A stretch of DNA of 60,101 nucleotides, filler included. It is 3 parts of 3 records of this genome, joined end to end, with 100 filler letters (N's around TTAATTAATTAA, not from the genome) between each part and the next. Parts side by side here need not be neighbours in the genome. Positions count along the whole stretch, not along the records: positions 39,023 to 60,101 come from DRR723986_7821; 2 more parts are not named here. The stretch is one strand, 5' to 3'. Position 1 is the first letter of the stretch, and the number at the start of each line of letters is the position of its first letter. Under the pieces are notes generated by a model, which saw only the letters and a list, made by a program, of their open reading frames with translations, was not told the origin of the DNA and made no database searches. Shown one piece after another: positions 49,873 to 60,101 of this stretch. Both the position numbers and the translations under genes were made by a program.

Positions 49873-50568
49873 TTAAGGGCGATTGAGAAAATCGCGCAGT
49901 GTCGCCGTTACCTTTTCAGGGGCTTCAAGAGGCGACAGGTGGCCGCTGCCCTGGATCACCGCCAATTCGCTTTGGGGAATGTGGTCGTGGATTTCCTGCG
50001 AGATTTCAACCGGTGTGAGCCGGTCGCCATCACCGACCAGCACAAGCGTGGGGCATGCGATTTCGCCGAGACGGGGGCGGGAATCGATGCGGTTGATAAG
50101 AGCTGTCTGCTGGCGGATGAAGGCCTCGGGCCCGGTTTCCTGCGCCATCTCGACGACGATTGCCTTCAGCTCTTCGTCTTCCTCGCGCTTTTCATGAACG
50201 AACCCGGGGTAAAGCAGATGGGGAACCTTGGAAAAGCCCTTCTTGCGGGTCAGGTCGATGAGGAACTGCCGGCGCTCCGACTGGTCGGGCGTATCCGGCC
50301 GGGAGTTGGTGTCCAGAAGGGCAAGTTTGCCGACGCGCTCCGGCGCTTCACGCATGATTTCCATGGCGACATAGCCGCCCATGGACAAGGCGATAAGGGA
50401 AAACCGCTCCGGTGCTTTTTCCAGGATGCTGCCGGCGATCGCCTTGATGCTGTCGTGTTCGCGGTGGTTTGCCACCATGATCGGTCGGTCGGCAAAGGCA
50501 ACGATCTGCGGGGCGTAGAGCGCTTCGGTGCACAGAAGGCCTGGTACGAACAGGATCGGATCGCTCAT
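49873..50568 (-). CDS. Alpha/beta hydrolase
   Basis: ALSMGG nucleophile elbow, GDGD, GHLSPLE; TGATG overlap with ubiG. Confidence 0.88.
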   Translation of the reverse strand: MSDPILFVPGLLCTEALYAPQIVAFADRPIMVANHREHDSIKAIAGSILEKAPERFSLIALSMGGYVAMEIMREAPERVGKLALLDTNSRPDTPDQSERRQFLIDLTRKKGFSKVPHLLYPGFVHEKREEDEELKAIVVEMAQETGPEAFIRQQTALINRIDSRPRLGEIACPTLVLVGDGDRLTPVEISQEIHDHIPQSELAVIQGSGHLSPLEAPEKVTATLRDFLNRP

Positions 50569-51329
50569 CAGCTGTCTTTCGCCCGTTCCGCCAGCAGCAT
50601 GTAGTTCACGTCCATGTCGCGCGATCTGGCCCAGGTGTCTGTCAGCGGATTGTAGGTGACGCCGCAACGGTCGATCATGGTGAGCCCGGCGGTCTGAAGC
50701 GGGCCTTCGATCTCGGAAGGGCGGACCAGCTTTTCGTAGGAATGGGTGCCCTTCGGCAACCAGCGCAGGACGTATTCGGCGCCGACGATGGCAAGTGCAT
50801 AGGCTTTCATCGTGCGATTGATGGTCGCGACGAACATCAGCCCACCCGGACGGACCATTTGCGCGGTGGCCTCCAGAAACAGAGGTACGTCGGCGACGTG
50901 CTCGACCACTTCCATGTTGAACACAACGTCGAAGGTCTCCCCCGCCGCTGCCAATGCTTCAGCTGTTTCTGCCCTGTAGTCGATTTCAAGGCCGGAGGTC
51001 TTCATGTGAAGGCGGGCGATCTCGATGTTGGTTTCGGACGGGTCCGCGCCGACCACATCGGCACCGAGCCGTGCCATCGGTTCGCTCAACAGGCCGCCGC
51101 CACAGCCGATATCGAGGCAGCGCAGCCCCTTGAACGCGTCCGTGGTCTTCGGGTCGCGGTTGAAATGCCGGCAGACATGCTCCTTGATGTAGCCCAGCCG
51201 CACCGGGCTGAACTTGTGCAAGGGCTTGAACTTGCCCGTCGGGTCCCACCACTCTTCTGCCATGGCGGAAAAGCGCGCGACTTCCTCGCTGTCGATCGTG
51301 CTTCTGGTTTCCTGAGCCCTGCCAGTCAT
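50568..51329 (-). CDS. ubiG: Ubiquinone biosynthesis O-methyltransferase
   Basis: [36 protein letters not shown]. Confidence 0.95.
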   Translation of the reverse strand: MTGRAQETRSTIDSEEVARFSAMAEEWWDPTGKFKPLHKFSPVRLGYIKEHVCRHFNRDPKTTDAFKGLRCLDIGCGGGLLSEPMARLGADVVGADPSETNIEIARLHMKTSGLEIDYRAETAEALAAAGETFDVVFNMEVVEHVADVPLFLEATAQMVRPGGLMFVATINRTMKAYALAIVGAEYVLRWLPKGTHSYEKLVRPSEIEGPLQTAGLTMIDRCGVTYNPLTDTWARSRDMDVNYMLLAERAKDS

Positions 51330-51522
51330 CGGACGGTCCTTTCAAGAGCGTGAAGCGGTTTGGCGCTTCGCCTGGTCATTCAACGGTTCGAAGTCGTTCC
51401 AAGGTCTGAGACTATTTGTCAAGACACCCAGTTGCAGCAAAGGAACGCAGCCTGTATGCATGTGCGCCGATCCCAGAGGCGCAACAGCGCTTCCAGACAC
51501 GACTATAAAGAATACGAGTGGT

Positions 51523-52773
51523 ATGGCCCGACTGGTTTTAAAATTTGGCGGGACTTCGGTTGCCGATCTCGATCGCATCCGTAACGTCGCCCGCCATGTC
51601 AAACGGGAAGTGGACGCCGGCCATCAGGTCGCGGTGGTAGTTTCGGCCATGGCCGGACAGACCAACAAGCTGGTGGAGTTTTGCCGTGAGGCATCACCGC
51701 TCCACGATGCCCGCGAATATGATGCTGTGGTTGCTTCCGGCGAGCAGGTGACGTCCGGTCTCCTGGCCATCGTGCTGCAGGACATGGGCGTCAACGCCCG
51801 GTCGTGGCAAGGCTGGCAGGTGCCGATCAAGACCGACGAGAACCACGGTGCGGCCCGCATCCGCGATATCGAGGGCAGCTTCCTGAGCGAGCGTCTCGAG
51901 CAGGGCCAGGTGGCCGTGCTCGCGGGCTTCCAGGGTGTGGCGCCGGACAACCGGATCGCGACCCTGGGTCGCGGCGGGTCCGACACCAGCGCCGTTGCCA
52001 TCGCCGCTGCCATCAAGGCCGACCGCTGTGATATCTATACCGATGTCGACGGCGTCTACACCACCGATCCGCGCATCGTGCCCAAGGCGCAGCGTCTTGA
52101 CCGGGTGTCTTTCGAGGAAATGCTCGAAATGGCCTCGCTCGGCGCCAAGGTGCTCCAGGTGCGCTCCGTGGAAATGGCCATGGTCCATGGCGTCAGAACA
52201 TTTGTGCGCTCCAGCTTTGACGATCCGGATGCGCCCCAGGTCGGCGAGAACGGCCTTCCGATTGGAACTCTTATTTGCGACGAGGATGAACTCGTGGAAC
52301 AGCAGGTTGTCACCGGCATTGCCTATGCCAAGGACGAAGCCCAGATCTCACTTCGTGACGTTGCCGACAAGCCGGGTGTCGCCGAATCCGTGTTCGGTCC
52401 GCTGGCGGATGCCAACATCAACGTCGACATGATCGTCCAGAACATCTCGCCGGATGGCAAGACCACCGACATCACCTTCACGGTTCCCGAAGGCGATTTC
52501 GAACGCGCCAACAAGGTGCTGGAAGACAATCGCGGCGTCATCGGTTTCCAGAACCTTGAGGGCGCCCGTGACGTGGTGAAAGTCTCCGTCATCGGCATCG
52601 GCATGCGCTCGCATGCAGGCATCGCGGCCCAGTGTTTCCGCGGCCTCGCGTCCAAGGGTATCAACATCCGAGCCATCACCACATCCGAGATCAAGATCTC
52701 TGTGCTTATTGATTCAGCATATGCAGAACTTGCGGTGCGGACTCTGCATTCGCTATACGGGTTGGACGGATAG
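51523..52773 (+). CDS. lysC: Aspartate kinase
   Basis: KFGGTSV, TLGRGGSDTSA, DVDGVYTTDPR, two ACT domains. Confidence 0.96.
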   Translation: MARLVLKFGGTSVADLDRIRNVARHVKREVDAGHQVAVVVSAMAGQTNKLVEFCREASPLHDAREYDAVVASGEQVTSGLLAIVLQDMGVNARSWQGWQVPIKTDENHGAARIRDIEGSFLSERLEQGQVAVLAGFQGVAPDNRIATLGRGGSDTSAVAIAAAIKADRCDIYTDVDGVYTTDPRIVPKAQRLDRVSFEEMLEMASLGAKVLQVRSVEMAMVHGVRTFVRSSFDDPDAPQVGENGLPIGTLICDEDELVEQQVVTGIAYAKDEAQISLRDVADKPGVAESVFGPLADANINVDMIVQNISPDGKTTDITFTVPEGDFERANKVLEDNRGVIGFQNLEGARDVVKVSVIGIGMRSHAGIAAQCFRGLASKGINIRAITTSEIKISVLIDSAYAELAVRTLHSLYGLDG

Positions 52774-52837
52774 TTCATCCGGGAGGCAGGCCCCTGTAGA
52801 AAAGGGGCCTGTTTGAAGCGGGATCAACGGGGGCGCT

Positions 52838-55105
52838 ATGCGCAGCAACCTAGCCGGACCGCGCCTTCTGCTCCGCCGGCTTCGCGAAGTCATGGCGGAG
52901 CCGATCACGGCGCAGGAGCGACTCGACAAGATCGTGGTGTTGATCGCCTCGAACGTCGTCGCGGAAGTCTGTTCCGTTTATATCCTGCGCGCTGATGGTG
53001 TTCTCGAACTCTATGCGACCGAAGGTCTGAAGAGCGAAGCGGTCCACAATGCCTCGCTGCGCGTCGGCCAGGGTCTTGTCGGCCTGATCGCGGCCGAAGC
53101 CCGGCCGCTGAACCTGCCCAACGCCAGTGCCCACCCGGGCTTTGCCTATCTGCCGGAAACGGGTGAAGAGGCCTATAATTCCTTCCTCGGTGTGCCGATC
53201 CTGAGAGCCGGCCGCACGCTTGGCGTTCTTGTCGTCCAGAACAAGTCTCACCGGACCTATCTGGAAGACGAAGTCGAAGCGCTGCAGACGACGGCCATGG
53301 TGATCGCCGAAATGGTCGCCGCCGGAGAACTGGAAGCCATTTCCCAGAAGGCCACCGGTCTGGATCTTTCCCGGCCGATCACCTCCAACGGTGTTGGCCT
53401 TGCCGAAGGTGTCGGCCTCGGTCATGTGGTTCTGCATGAGCCGCGTGTCGTCGTTACGAACCTGATCGCGGAAGATACGGACCGGGAAAAGGGGCGTCTG
53501 GAAGCTGCCATCAACCGGCTGCGTCTTTCGATCGACGATCTGCTGGCCAGCGGAGAAATCGCGGCCATCGGCGAGCACCGCGAGGTGCTGGAAGCCTACC
53601 GCATGTTCGCTTACGACCGCGGCTGGATCCGGAAGATTGAGGAAGCGATCCGCAACGGCCTGACCGCCGAGGCTGCCGTCGAAAAGGTCCAGAGCGACAC
53701 GCGCGCCCGGATGCTTCGCCAGACCGATCCGTATCTGCGTGAGCGCCTGCACGACCTCGACGACCTTGCCCACAGGCTTATCCGCGAACTCATGGGCCGC
53801 GAACACGGCCCAGGCCTGGATGAACTGCCCCAGGATGCGATCGTCGTCGGCCGCAACATGGGTGCCGCGGAACTGCTGGACTACGGCCGCGACCGCATTC
53901 GCGGCCTGGTGCTGGAAGAAGGCGGTCCGACAAGCCACGTGACCATCGTTGCCAGGGCACTCGGCATCCCGACGGTCGGACTTGTGGATGATATCGTCAG
54001 CCTGGCCGATGGCGGCGACGCGATCATCGTGGATGGTGATACCGGCGAAGTGCACTTGCGCCCGGCCGCCGATCTGGAAAATGCCTATGCGGAAAAAGTC
54101 CGCTTCCGTGCGCGGCGACAGGCCCAGTACCGGCGCCTGCGCAACAAGCCGTCCGTCACGCGGGACGGTGTCGACATCTCGCTTCAGATGAATGCGGGTC
54201 TTCTGGTCGACCTGCCGCACCTGGATGAGGCTGGCGCGGCCGGGGTAGGCCTGTTCCGCACCGAACTGCAGTTCATGGTGGCGTCTTCGTTCCCGCGCAT
54301 GCGGGAGCAGCAGTCCCAGTACAGCCAGGTTCTCGATGCGGCTGCGGGCCGGCCGGTTACGTTCCGGTCGCTCGATATCGGTGGTGACAAGGTGCTGCCG
54401 TACCTGCGCTCGATCCAGGAGGAAAACCCAGCGATGGGCTGGCGCGCACTGCGCCTCGGCCTTGATCGGCCGGGCCTGCTCAGAACCCAGATCCGGGCCT
54501 TGCTGCATGCGGCCGCCGGCCGGGACCTGAAACTGATGTTCCCGATGGTTGCCGTGGTCGATGAATTCCTGCAGGCCAAATCGCTGGTGGACAAGGAAGT
54601 CAAACACCTGCGCCGCCACGGTCACGCCACGCCGGAAAACATCCGCCTGGGTGTGATGGTGGAAGTGCCTTCGCTGCTGTTCCAACTGGAAGAGCTGATG
54701 AGCCATGTCGACTTCGTGTCTGTCGGTTCCAACGATCTGTTCCAGTTCTTCTGCGCCGTCGACCGGGGCAACACGCGTGTTGCCGACAGGTTCGACACAT
54801 TGGGTGTCGGCTTCCTCCGGGCCTTGAAATCCATCGTGGATGCCGCAAATAAGGCTCATGTGCCCGTGACCCTTTGCGGAGAGCTTGCTGGCCGTCCACT
54901 TGAAGGCATGGCGTTGATAGGCCTGGGCTTCAGGGACCTTTCCATGTCGCCCGCGTCTCTTGGGCCGGTGAAAGCCATGCTTCGGACCCTTGATGCCGGT
55001 CGCCTGTCCGCCAGGTTGCTGCCGCGACTGGAGCCGGGACACGATGACAGCAACATACGGGAAGTGTTGAAGCGCTTTGCCGCCGATACCGATGTTGCCC
55101 TTTAG
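52838..55105 (+). CDS. ptsP: PEP-protein phosphotransferase EI(Ntr) with GAF domain
   Basis: N-terminal GAF, TSHV, GLFRTE, GSNDL, CGE. Confidence 0.96.
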   Translation: MRSNLAGPRLLLRRLREVMAEPITAQERLDKIVVLIASNVVAEVCSVYILRADGVLELYATEGLKSEAVHNASLRVGQGLVGLIAAEARPLNLPNASAHPGFAYLPETGEEAYNSFLGVPILRAGRTLGVLVVQNKSHRTYLEDEVEALQTTAMVIAEMVAAGELEAISQKATGLDLSRPITSNGVGLAEGVGLGHVVLHEPRVVVTNLIAEDTDREKGRLEAAINRLRLSIDDLLASGEIAAIGEHREVLEAYRMFAYDRGWIRKIEEAIRNGLTAEAAVEKVQSDTRARMLRQTDPYLRERLHDLDDLAHRLIRELMGREHGPGLDELPQDAIVVGRNMGAAELLDYGRDRIRGLVLEEGGPTSHVTIVARALGIPTVGLVDDIVSLADGGDAIIVDGDTGEVHLRPAADLENAYAEKVRFRARRQAQYRRLRNKPSVTRDGVDISLQMNAGLLVDLPHLDEAGAAGVGLFRTELQFMVASSFPRMREQQSQYSQVLDAAAGRPVTFRSLDIGGDKVLPYLRSIQEENPAMGWRALRLGLDRPGLLRTQIRALLHAAAGRDLKLMFPMVAVVDEFLQAKSLVDKEVKHLRRHGHATPENIRLGVMVEVPSLLFQLEELMSHVDFVSVGSNDLFQFFCAVDRGNTRVADRFDTLGVGFLRALKSIVDAANKAHVPVTLCGELAGRPLEGMALIGLGFRDLSMSPASLGPVKAMLRTLDAGRLSARLLPRLEPGHDDSNIREVLKRFAADTDVAL

Positions 55106-55159
55106 CGCTAACGGGCGTAACTCACCGTCAAAGCGATAATTTCTGGAGAATCAGCGCGT

Positions 55160-56233
55160 ATGCTGGCGCGTCACAAACTTGATACCCTGCTGGACCGGTT
55201 CGCTGAACTCGAACACATGATGTCCGCCAATCCGGATCCGGGCGCTTATGTAAAGCTGTCGCGGGAATATGCCGGACTGGAGCCTTTGGTCGGCAAAATC
55301 CGTGCGTTGATCAAGGCGGAACAGGATCTGGCCGGTGCAAAGTCACTGGTGCAGGATCCGTCCTCCGACGCGGAAATGCGCGAGCTTGCCGAAATGGAGC
55401 GCGACGAGCTGGAAGAGCGCGTCGAAGAACTGGCCCAGGATGTACGCATCGGGCTGCTGCCGAAGGACGAGGCGGACTCCAACGATGCCATCCTGGAAGT
55501 GCGGGCGGGGACCGGCGGCGACGAGGCGGCTCTCTTTGCCGGTGATCTCTTCCGCATGTACCAGCGTTATGCCGAACTTCAGGGCTGGAAGGTGGAAATC
55601 CTGTCTGCCAGCGAAGGTGAAGTCGGCGGCTACAAGGAAGTGATCGCGTCCGTTTCCGGCGACAACGTTTTTGCCAAGATGAAATTCGAGTCCGGTGTTC
55701 ACCGGGTGCAACGGGTGCCCGCGACCGAGTCGGGCGGACGTATTCATACGTCGGCGGCAACCGTTGCCGTGCTGCCTCAGGCGGAGGACGTCGATATCGA
55801 CGTTCAGGAGAGCGACTTGAGGATCGACACCTATCGCGCATCCGGCGCAGGTGGGCAGCACGTCAACACGACCGATTCAGCAGTGCGCATTACGCACTTG
55901 CCGACGGGTATCGTCGTCGCCGTTCAGGATGAACGCTCCCAGCACAAGAACAAGGCGCGAGCCATGCAGCTTCTGCGGGCGCGCATTTATGACGAGGAGC
56001 GCGAGCGGGCTGCGAGTGAACGGACCGAGGCCCGGCGCCTACAGGTCGGGTCCGGCGACCGATCGGAGCGTATCCGCACCTACAACTACCCGCAGGGCCG
56101 CGTGACGGATCATCGTATCGGCTTGACGCTCTACAAGCTGGAGCAGATCCTTTCCGGGGAAGCACTCGGCGAGGTCATCGAGCCGTTGATCCTGGACCAC
56201 CAGGCCAATCTTCTGGCAACCGAAGAGGCCTGA
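55160..56233 (+). CDS. prfA: Peptide chain release factor 1
   Basis: PAT motif, [17 protein letters not shown]. Confidence 0.97.
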   Translation: MLARHKLDTLLDRFAELEHMMSANPDPGAYVKLSREYAGLEPLVGKIRALIKAEQDLAGAKSLVQDPSSDAEMRELAEMERDELEERVEELAQDVRIGLLPKDEADSNDAILEVRAGTGGDEAALFAGDLFRMYQRYAELQGWKVEILSASEGEVGGYKEVIASVSGDNVFAKMKFESGVHRVQRVPATESGGRIHTSAATVAVLPQAEDVDIDVQESDLRIDTYRASGAGGQHVNTTDSAVRITHLPTGIVVAVQDERSQHKNKARAMQLLRARIYDEERERAASERTEARRLQVGSGDRSERIRTYNYPQGRVTDHRIGLTLYKLEQILSGEALGEVIEPLILDHQANLLATEEA

Positions 56234-56234
56234 G

Positions 56235-57083
56235 GTGACCATCGGCCAGCTTTACCGGTCCGTGCGCGACCGGTTTCGGGTGGCCGGTTTGCCGACACCG
56301 GAACTGGATGCAAGGCTTCTGGTCAGCGCGGCGCTCAAGCTGCCCCTGTCGGATCTTGTCTTTCGAGAACAGGAAGAGGCAGCACCTGGTGCGGCCGAAC
56401 TTGCAGAGGCTTATGCGCGGAAACGCCTGGATGGGATGCCCGTCGGCCGGATACTCGGAGAACGGGATTTTTACGGCCGGCGATTTTGCTTGAACGAGGC
56501 AACGCTGGAGCCCCGGCCGGACACTGAAACCCTGATCGATGCCGTGCTGGAAAGATGTGCTCCTGAAGAAGCACCGTTTATCTGCGATATCGGGACAGGT
56601 ACGGGAGCGATCGCCGTCACGTTGCTGGCCGAGTTGCCCCGAAGCCGGATGATCGCGGTGGACCTGTCGGAACAGGCGCTTGAATGTGCTGCAGGCAACG
56701 CCTCTCTGCACGGCGTGGAAGACCGGTTTCTTCCCGTGCGGGCGGACTATACCTCCGCGCTGCGACCGGAAAGCGGCTTCGACTGGGTTGTCAGCAACCC
56801 GCCCTATATCCGCAGCGCTGTCCTCGCCGAACTGTCGCGCGAAGTGATTCAGCATGACCCGAAGCTTGCTCTTGATGGCGGTGAGGACGGCCTGACAGCC
56901 TATGTTCGTATCGTCGCGGATGCTGTGAAGCTGCTGCGCCCGGGCGGTTGGATCGCTCTCGAAATCGGCTTCGATCAAGGAGAGGATCTGAAAAAACAGC
57001 TGCGTCATCATGGCTTTGTAGAGATTGAAATCATTAAAGATCTTTCCGGAAACGACCGTGTTGTGGTGGGGCGCAGGCTCTAA
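56235..57083 (+). CDS. prmC: Release factor glutamine methyltransferase
   Basis: PRPDTE, DIGTGTGAI, SNPPY, ALDGGEDGL. Confidence 0.96.
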   Translation: MTIGQLYRSVRDRFRVAGLPTPELDARLLVSAALKLPLSDLVFREQEEAAPGAAELAEAYARKRLDGMPVGRILGERDFYGRRFCLNEATLEPRPDTETLIDAVLERCAPEEAPFICDIGTGTGAIAVTLLAELPRSRMIAVDLSEQALECAAGNASLHGVEDRFLPVRADYTSALRPESGFDWVVSNPPYIRSAVLAELSREVIQHDPKLALDGGEDGLTAYVRIVADAVKLLRPGGWIALEIGFDQGEDLKKQLRHHGFVEIEIIKDLSGNDRVVVGRRL

Positions 57084-57444
57084 TTTTGCGGATTTGATCC
57101 AAAGGCGAAAAAGCACTTGGAAATCGCAACGGAAACGGGTACGTTCCTCTTGCCGAGACCGGAAATGTTATCAGCGTTTAGCGGGGCATGCGCATCCGGC
57201 AGCTGGGAACCGGCGCAACTTCAGCGTTTTGGAAACCGTTGCAAATCGGACTATCCGGTGTTTCGGACTGTCGAAGAAAAAGACAATCGCGTTGGCCATC
57301 GGCCTTTAGCGCGCTGCGTATGTTTTCAATGACAGCCGCTAACCAGCATTGTTGGTTTCGGCAGGTATTTCGTGTCGGTTTTAGGCAATTCCGATGTTGG
57401 GTCAGCGTCAAGCTGACCGCCGTTCCTTAAGAGAAAACGGCAGG

Positions 57445-58170
57445 ATGAGACCAGGTAATCAAAGCAATAAGCGTATGCGCGGACGGGGCCGCAAGGGCCC
57501 AAATCCGTTAACCCGGACTTACGAATCAAACGGTCCTGATGTGAAAATCCGCGGTACTGCGATGCACGTTGCAGAGAAGTACCAGCAGCTTGCACGGGAT
57601 GCCCAGGCATCCGGCGACCGGGTGATGTCCGAGAACTATAACCAGCATGCGGAGCACTATCTGCGCATTGTGGCTGCCGCGCAGCCGCAACAGCAGCCGA
57701 TGGCGCATGCCTCTTCCCGCAACGAAGCCGAAGACGGTTTCGAAGCCGCGGCAACGAATGGCTCAGGCCACTCCAATGGCGCAGAACGGTCTTCCCAGGA
57801 CGTGTCCTCCTCGGACAACGACCTGATGGATGCCGACAGCCCGCAGCCTTTCATCGACGACATGCCTGTCATCGATCAGGAAGGTAAGGTCAACGGCGCT
57901 TCCCAGAAGGCAGAGAAAGCCGAAGCCGGCGACGACGAAGCGGACGAAAAGCCGCGCCGCCGCCCCCGGACACCTCGTGCGCGCACGCCGCGCCGGGCTT
58001 CCGGTGATCAGGCTGACGCAGGCCAGGCCACGGCGGAAGCCGCGGACGGTGCTGAAGCTTCTGGCGGTTCCGACGAAGAGGATCAGCCGAAACCACGCCG
58101 CCGGGTCGCGCGCCCGCGCCGTGCCAAGGCGGCTGAAGAGGCTCCGGCCGAGGCACCTGCCGGAGAATGA
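57445..58170 (+). CDS. DUF4167 domain protein
   Basis: ESNGPDVKIRG...EKY.QLARDA...ENY.QHAEHY followed by disordered tail. Confidence 0.88.
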   Translation: MRPGNQSNKRMRGRGRKGPNPLTRTYESNGPDVKIRGTAMHVAEKYQQLARDAQASGDRVMSENYNQHAEHYLRIVAAAQPQQQPMAHASSRNEAEDGFEAAATNGSGHSNGAERSSQDVSSSDNDLMDADSPQPFIDDMPVIDQEGKVNGASQKAEKAEAGDDEADEKPRRRPRTPRARTPRRASGDQADAGQATAEAADGAEASGGSDEEDQPKPRRRVARPRRAKAAEEAPAEAPAGE

Positions 58171-58208
58171 TCCGGTAGATAGTCAGCCTCGATAAAGCTG
58201 AAACAGAT

Positions 58209-58239
58209 AAAACGGCGTCCATGATGGGCGCCGTTTTTT
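58209..58239 (+). terminator. Intrinsic terminator
   Basis: AAAACGGCGTCC-ATGAT-GGGCGCCGTTTTTT. Confidence 0.8.
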
Positions 58240-58425
58240 GTTTGGCTTGCAGACATCCGTTCCGGACGGCACAGAATAAGATGCCGCAGGGGCTTTTGTG
58301 GTGAATATGCAACACTATATTAGAGGAGCAGCACTGCAAAAGGCTGTGCGGATGCCCGTATCAGGGGTCCGTATTCCAGATCGTTCCCCACGCTTCGGGT
58401 GGTGCGGACGGGTAGGAGGTAACTT

Positions 58426-60101
58426 ATGAACTTTGAAAAATACACAGAGCGTGCGCGCGGTTTTGTTCAGTCCGCTCAGACCTTTGCCTTGGGGCGGGGC
58501 CATCAGCAATTCGCACCTGAACACATCCTGAAGGTTCTTCTGGATGATCCTGAAGGCATGGCCAGTGGTCTGATCGACCGTGCCGGCGGCAACGCCAAGG
58601 CATTGAAGGGCGATCTTGAGGGCCTTCTGGACAAGATGCCGAAAGTTTCCGGTGGGTCCGGACAGCTTTACATGGGCCAGGCGACCGCACGCCTGTTCGA
58701 GCAGGCCGAGAAGATTGCCGACAAGGCCGGAGACAGTTTCGTCACCGTGGAGCGGCTTCTGCTCGCCCTTGCCATGGACAGCGACAGCGAAACCGGCAAG
58801 CTGATGAAGCGGCACGGCATTACGCCAAACGGACTGAACGAGGCAATCAACCAGCTTCGCCAGGGCCGGACGGCCGATACCGCGACTGCCGAAAACCAGT
58901 ATGACGCGCTGAAGAAATTCGCTCGGGATCTGACCCAGGTTGCCCGGGAAGGCAAACTCGACCCGGTGATCGGCCGTGACGAGGAAATCCGCCGGACCAT
59001 CCAGGTCCTGTCGCGCCGTACCAAGAACAACCCGGTTCTGATTGGTGAGCCAGGGGTCGGCAAGACTGCGATTGCAGAGGGCCTTGCGCTGCGCATCGTC
59101 AATGGCGATGTGCCGGAATCGCTCAAGGACAAGCAGCTTCTTGCGCTCGACATGGGCTCGCTGATTGCCGGCGCGAAATACCGGGGTGAGTTCGAGGAGC
59201 GCCTGAAGGGTGTTCTGTCTGAGGTCCAGGCGGCCGCGGGCAAGGTAATCCTGTTCATCGACGAGATGCACACGCTGGTTGGAGCCGGCAAGGCGGATGG
59301 GGCCATGGATGCCTCGAACCTCTTGAAGCCTGCTCTGGCGCGCGGTGAGCTGCACTGTGTCGGTGCGACAACGCTGGACGAATACCGCAAGCACGTTGAA
59401 AAGGACGCCGCTCTGGCGCGCCGGTTCCAGCCGGTGTTCGTGAGCGAGCCGACGGTCGAGGACACGGTTTCGATCCTTCGCGGGATCAAGGAGAAGTACG
59501 AACTCCATCACGGGGTCCGTATCACCGACAGTGCTATCGTCTCGGCAGCGTCTCTTTCCAACCGCTACATCACCGACCGGTTCCTGCCGGACAAGGCGAT
59601 CGATCTTGTGGACGAAGCCGCCAGCCGGCTGCGGATGCAGGTCGACAGCAAGCCGGAGGAACTGGATGAACTGGATCGCCGGATCATCCAGCTCAAGATC
59701 GAGCGCGAGGCGCTGAAGGCAGAAAGCGACGAAGCTTCAAAGGATCGTCTGTCCAGGCTCGAGAAGGAGCTGACGGATCTGGAAGAAAAGTCGCAGGCAC
59801 TCAGCAACCGCTGGCAGGGCGAGAAGGAAAAGCTGAACCTTGAACAGAAGATCAAGGAACAGCTGGAACAGGCCCGCATCGACCTGGAAATCGCGCAGCG
59901 TCGCGGTGATCTGGCCAAGGCTGGTGAGCTTGCCTACGGCGTGGTTCCGGAGCTGGAACGCAAACTCGCCGAAGCGGAAGCTTCAGAGGATGCCGATGCC
60001 ATGGTCGATGAGGCCGTGACGCCGGCTCACATTGCCCAGGTCGTTTCGAAGTGGACCGGAATTCCGGTCGACAAGATGCTGGAAGGCGAGCGCGAAAAGC
60101 T
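58426..60101 (+). CDS. clpB: Chaperone ClpB (runs off window end; absent from ORF track)
   Basis: [54 protein letters not shown], coiled-coil middle domain. Confidence 0.97.
   Translation, partial: MNFEKYTERARGFVQSAQTFALGRGHQQFAPEHILKVLLDDPEGMASGLIDRAGGNAKALKGDLEGLLDKMPKVSGGSGQLYMGQATARLFEQAEKIADKAGDSFVTVERLLLALAMDSDSETGKLMKRHGITPNGLNEAINQLRQGRTADTATAENQYDALKKFARDLTQVAREGKLDPVIGRDEEIRRTIQVLSRRTKNNPVLIGEPGVGKTAIAEGLALRIVNGDVPESLKDKQLLALDMGSLIAGAKYRGEFEERLKGVLSEVQAAAGKVILFIDEMHTLVGAGKADGAMDASNLLKPALARGELHCVGATTLDEYRKHVEKDAALARRFQPVFVSEPTVEDTVSILRGIKEKYELHHGVRITDSAIVSAASLSNRYITDRFLPDKAIDLVDEAASRLRMQVDSKPEELDELDRRIIQLKIEREALKAESDEASKDRLSRLEKELTDLEEKSQALSNRWQGEKEKLNLEQKIKEQLEQARIDLEIAQRRGDLAKAGELAYGVVPELERKLAEAEASEDADAMVDEAVTPAHIAQVVSKWTGIPVDKMLEGEREK

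Noticed and set aside
39131-59511. Long antisense ORFs opposite secA, ptsP, prmC and clpB
   Set aside because: Mirror frames of conserved housekeeping genes with no motifs of their own

Overview
The window is three unrelated contigs joined by artificial N-TTAATTAATTAA-N linkers (29791-29890, 38923-39022). Contig 1 (1-29790, probably Planctomycetota by inference) is almost entirely a genomic island integrated at the 3' end of tRNA-Arg(UCG). It carries a tyrosine integrase, an excisionase, a mobilisation module (VirD4-like coupling protein, two tandem replication-relaxation-like proteins, a dense DNA hairpin array), a second tyrosine recombinase with an adjacent 15-6-15 palindromic site, and defence-type cargo: a type I R-M system with an inserted Schlafen/AlbA_2 gene, a NucS/DUF5655-like nuclease, a TauD-dioxygenase + HEPN/Zn-finger pair and a ~1175-aa nuclease-helical protein. 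The most striking unexplained signal is an ~800-nt, continuously base-paired region at 1-810 that looks like a large structured ncRNA, directly upstream of a basic protein of unknown function. A small RNA candidate showing the same 12-mer in two loops lies at ~15794-15877. Contig 2 (29891-38922, GC-rich, Rhodobacteraceae-like) and contig 3 (39023-60101, Roseibium/Labrenzia-like alphaproteobacterium) are ordinary housekeeping regions. All family and taxonomic assignments come from motif recognition by eye; no searches were run.
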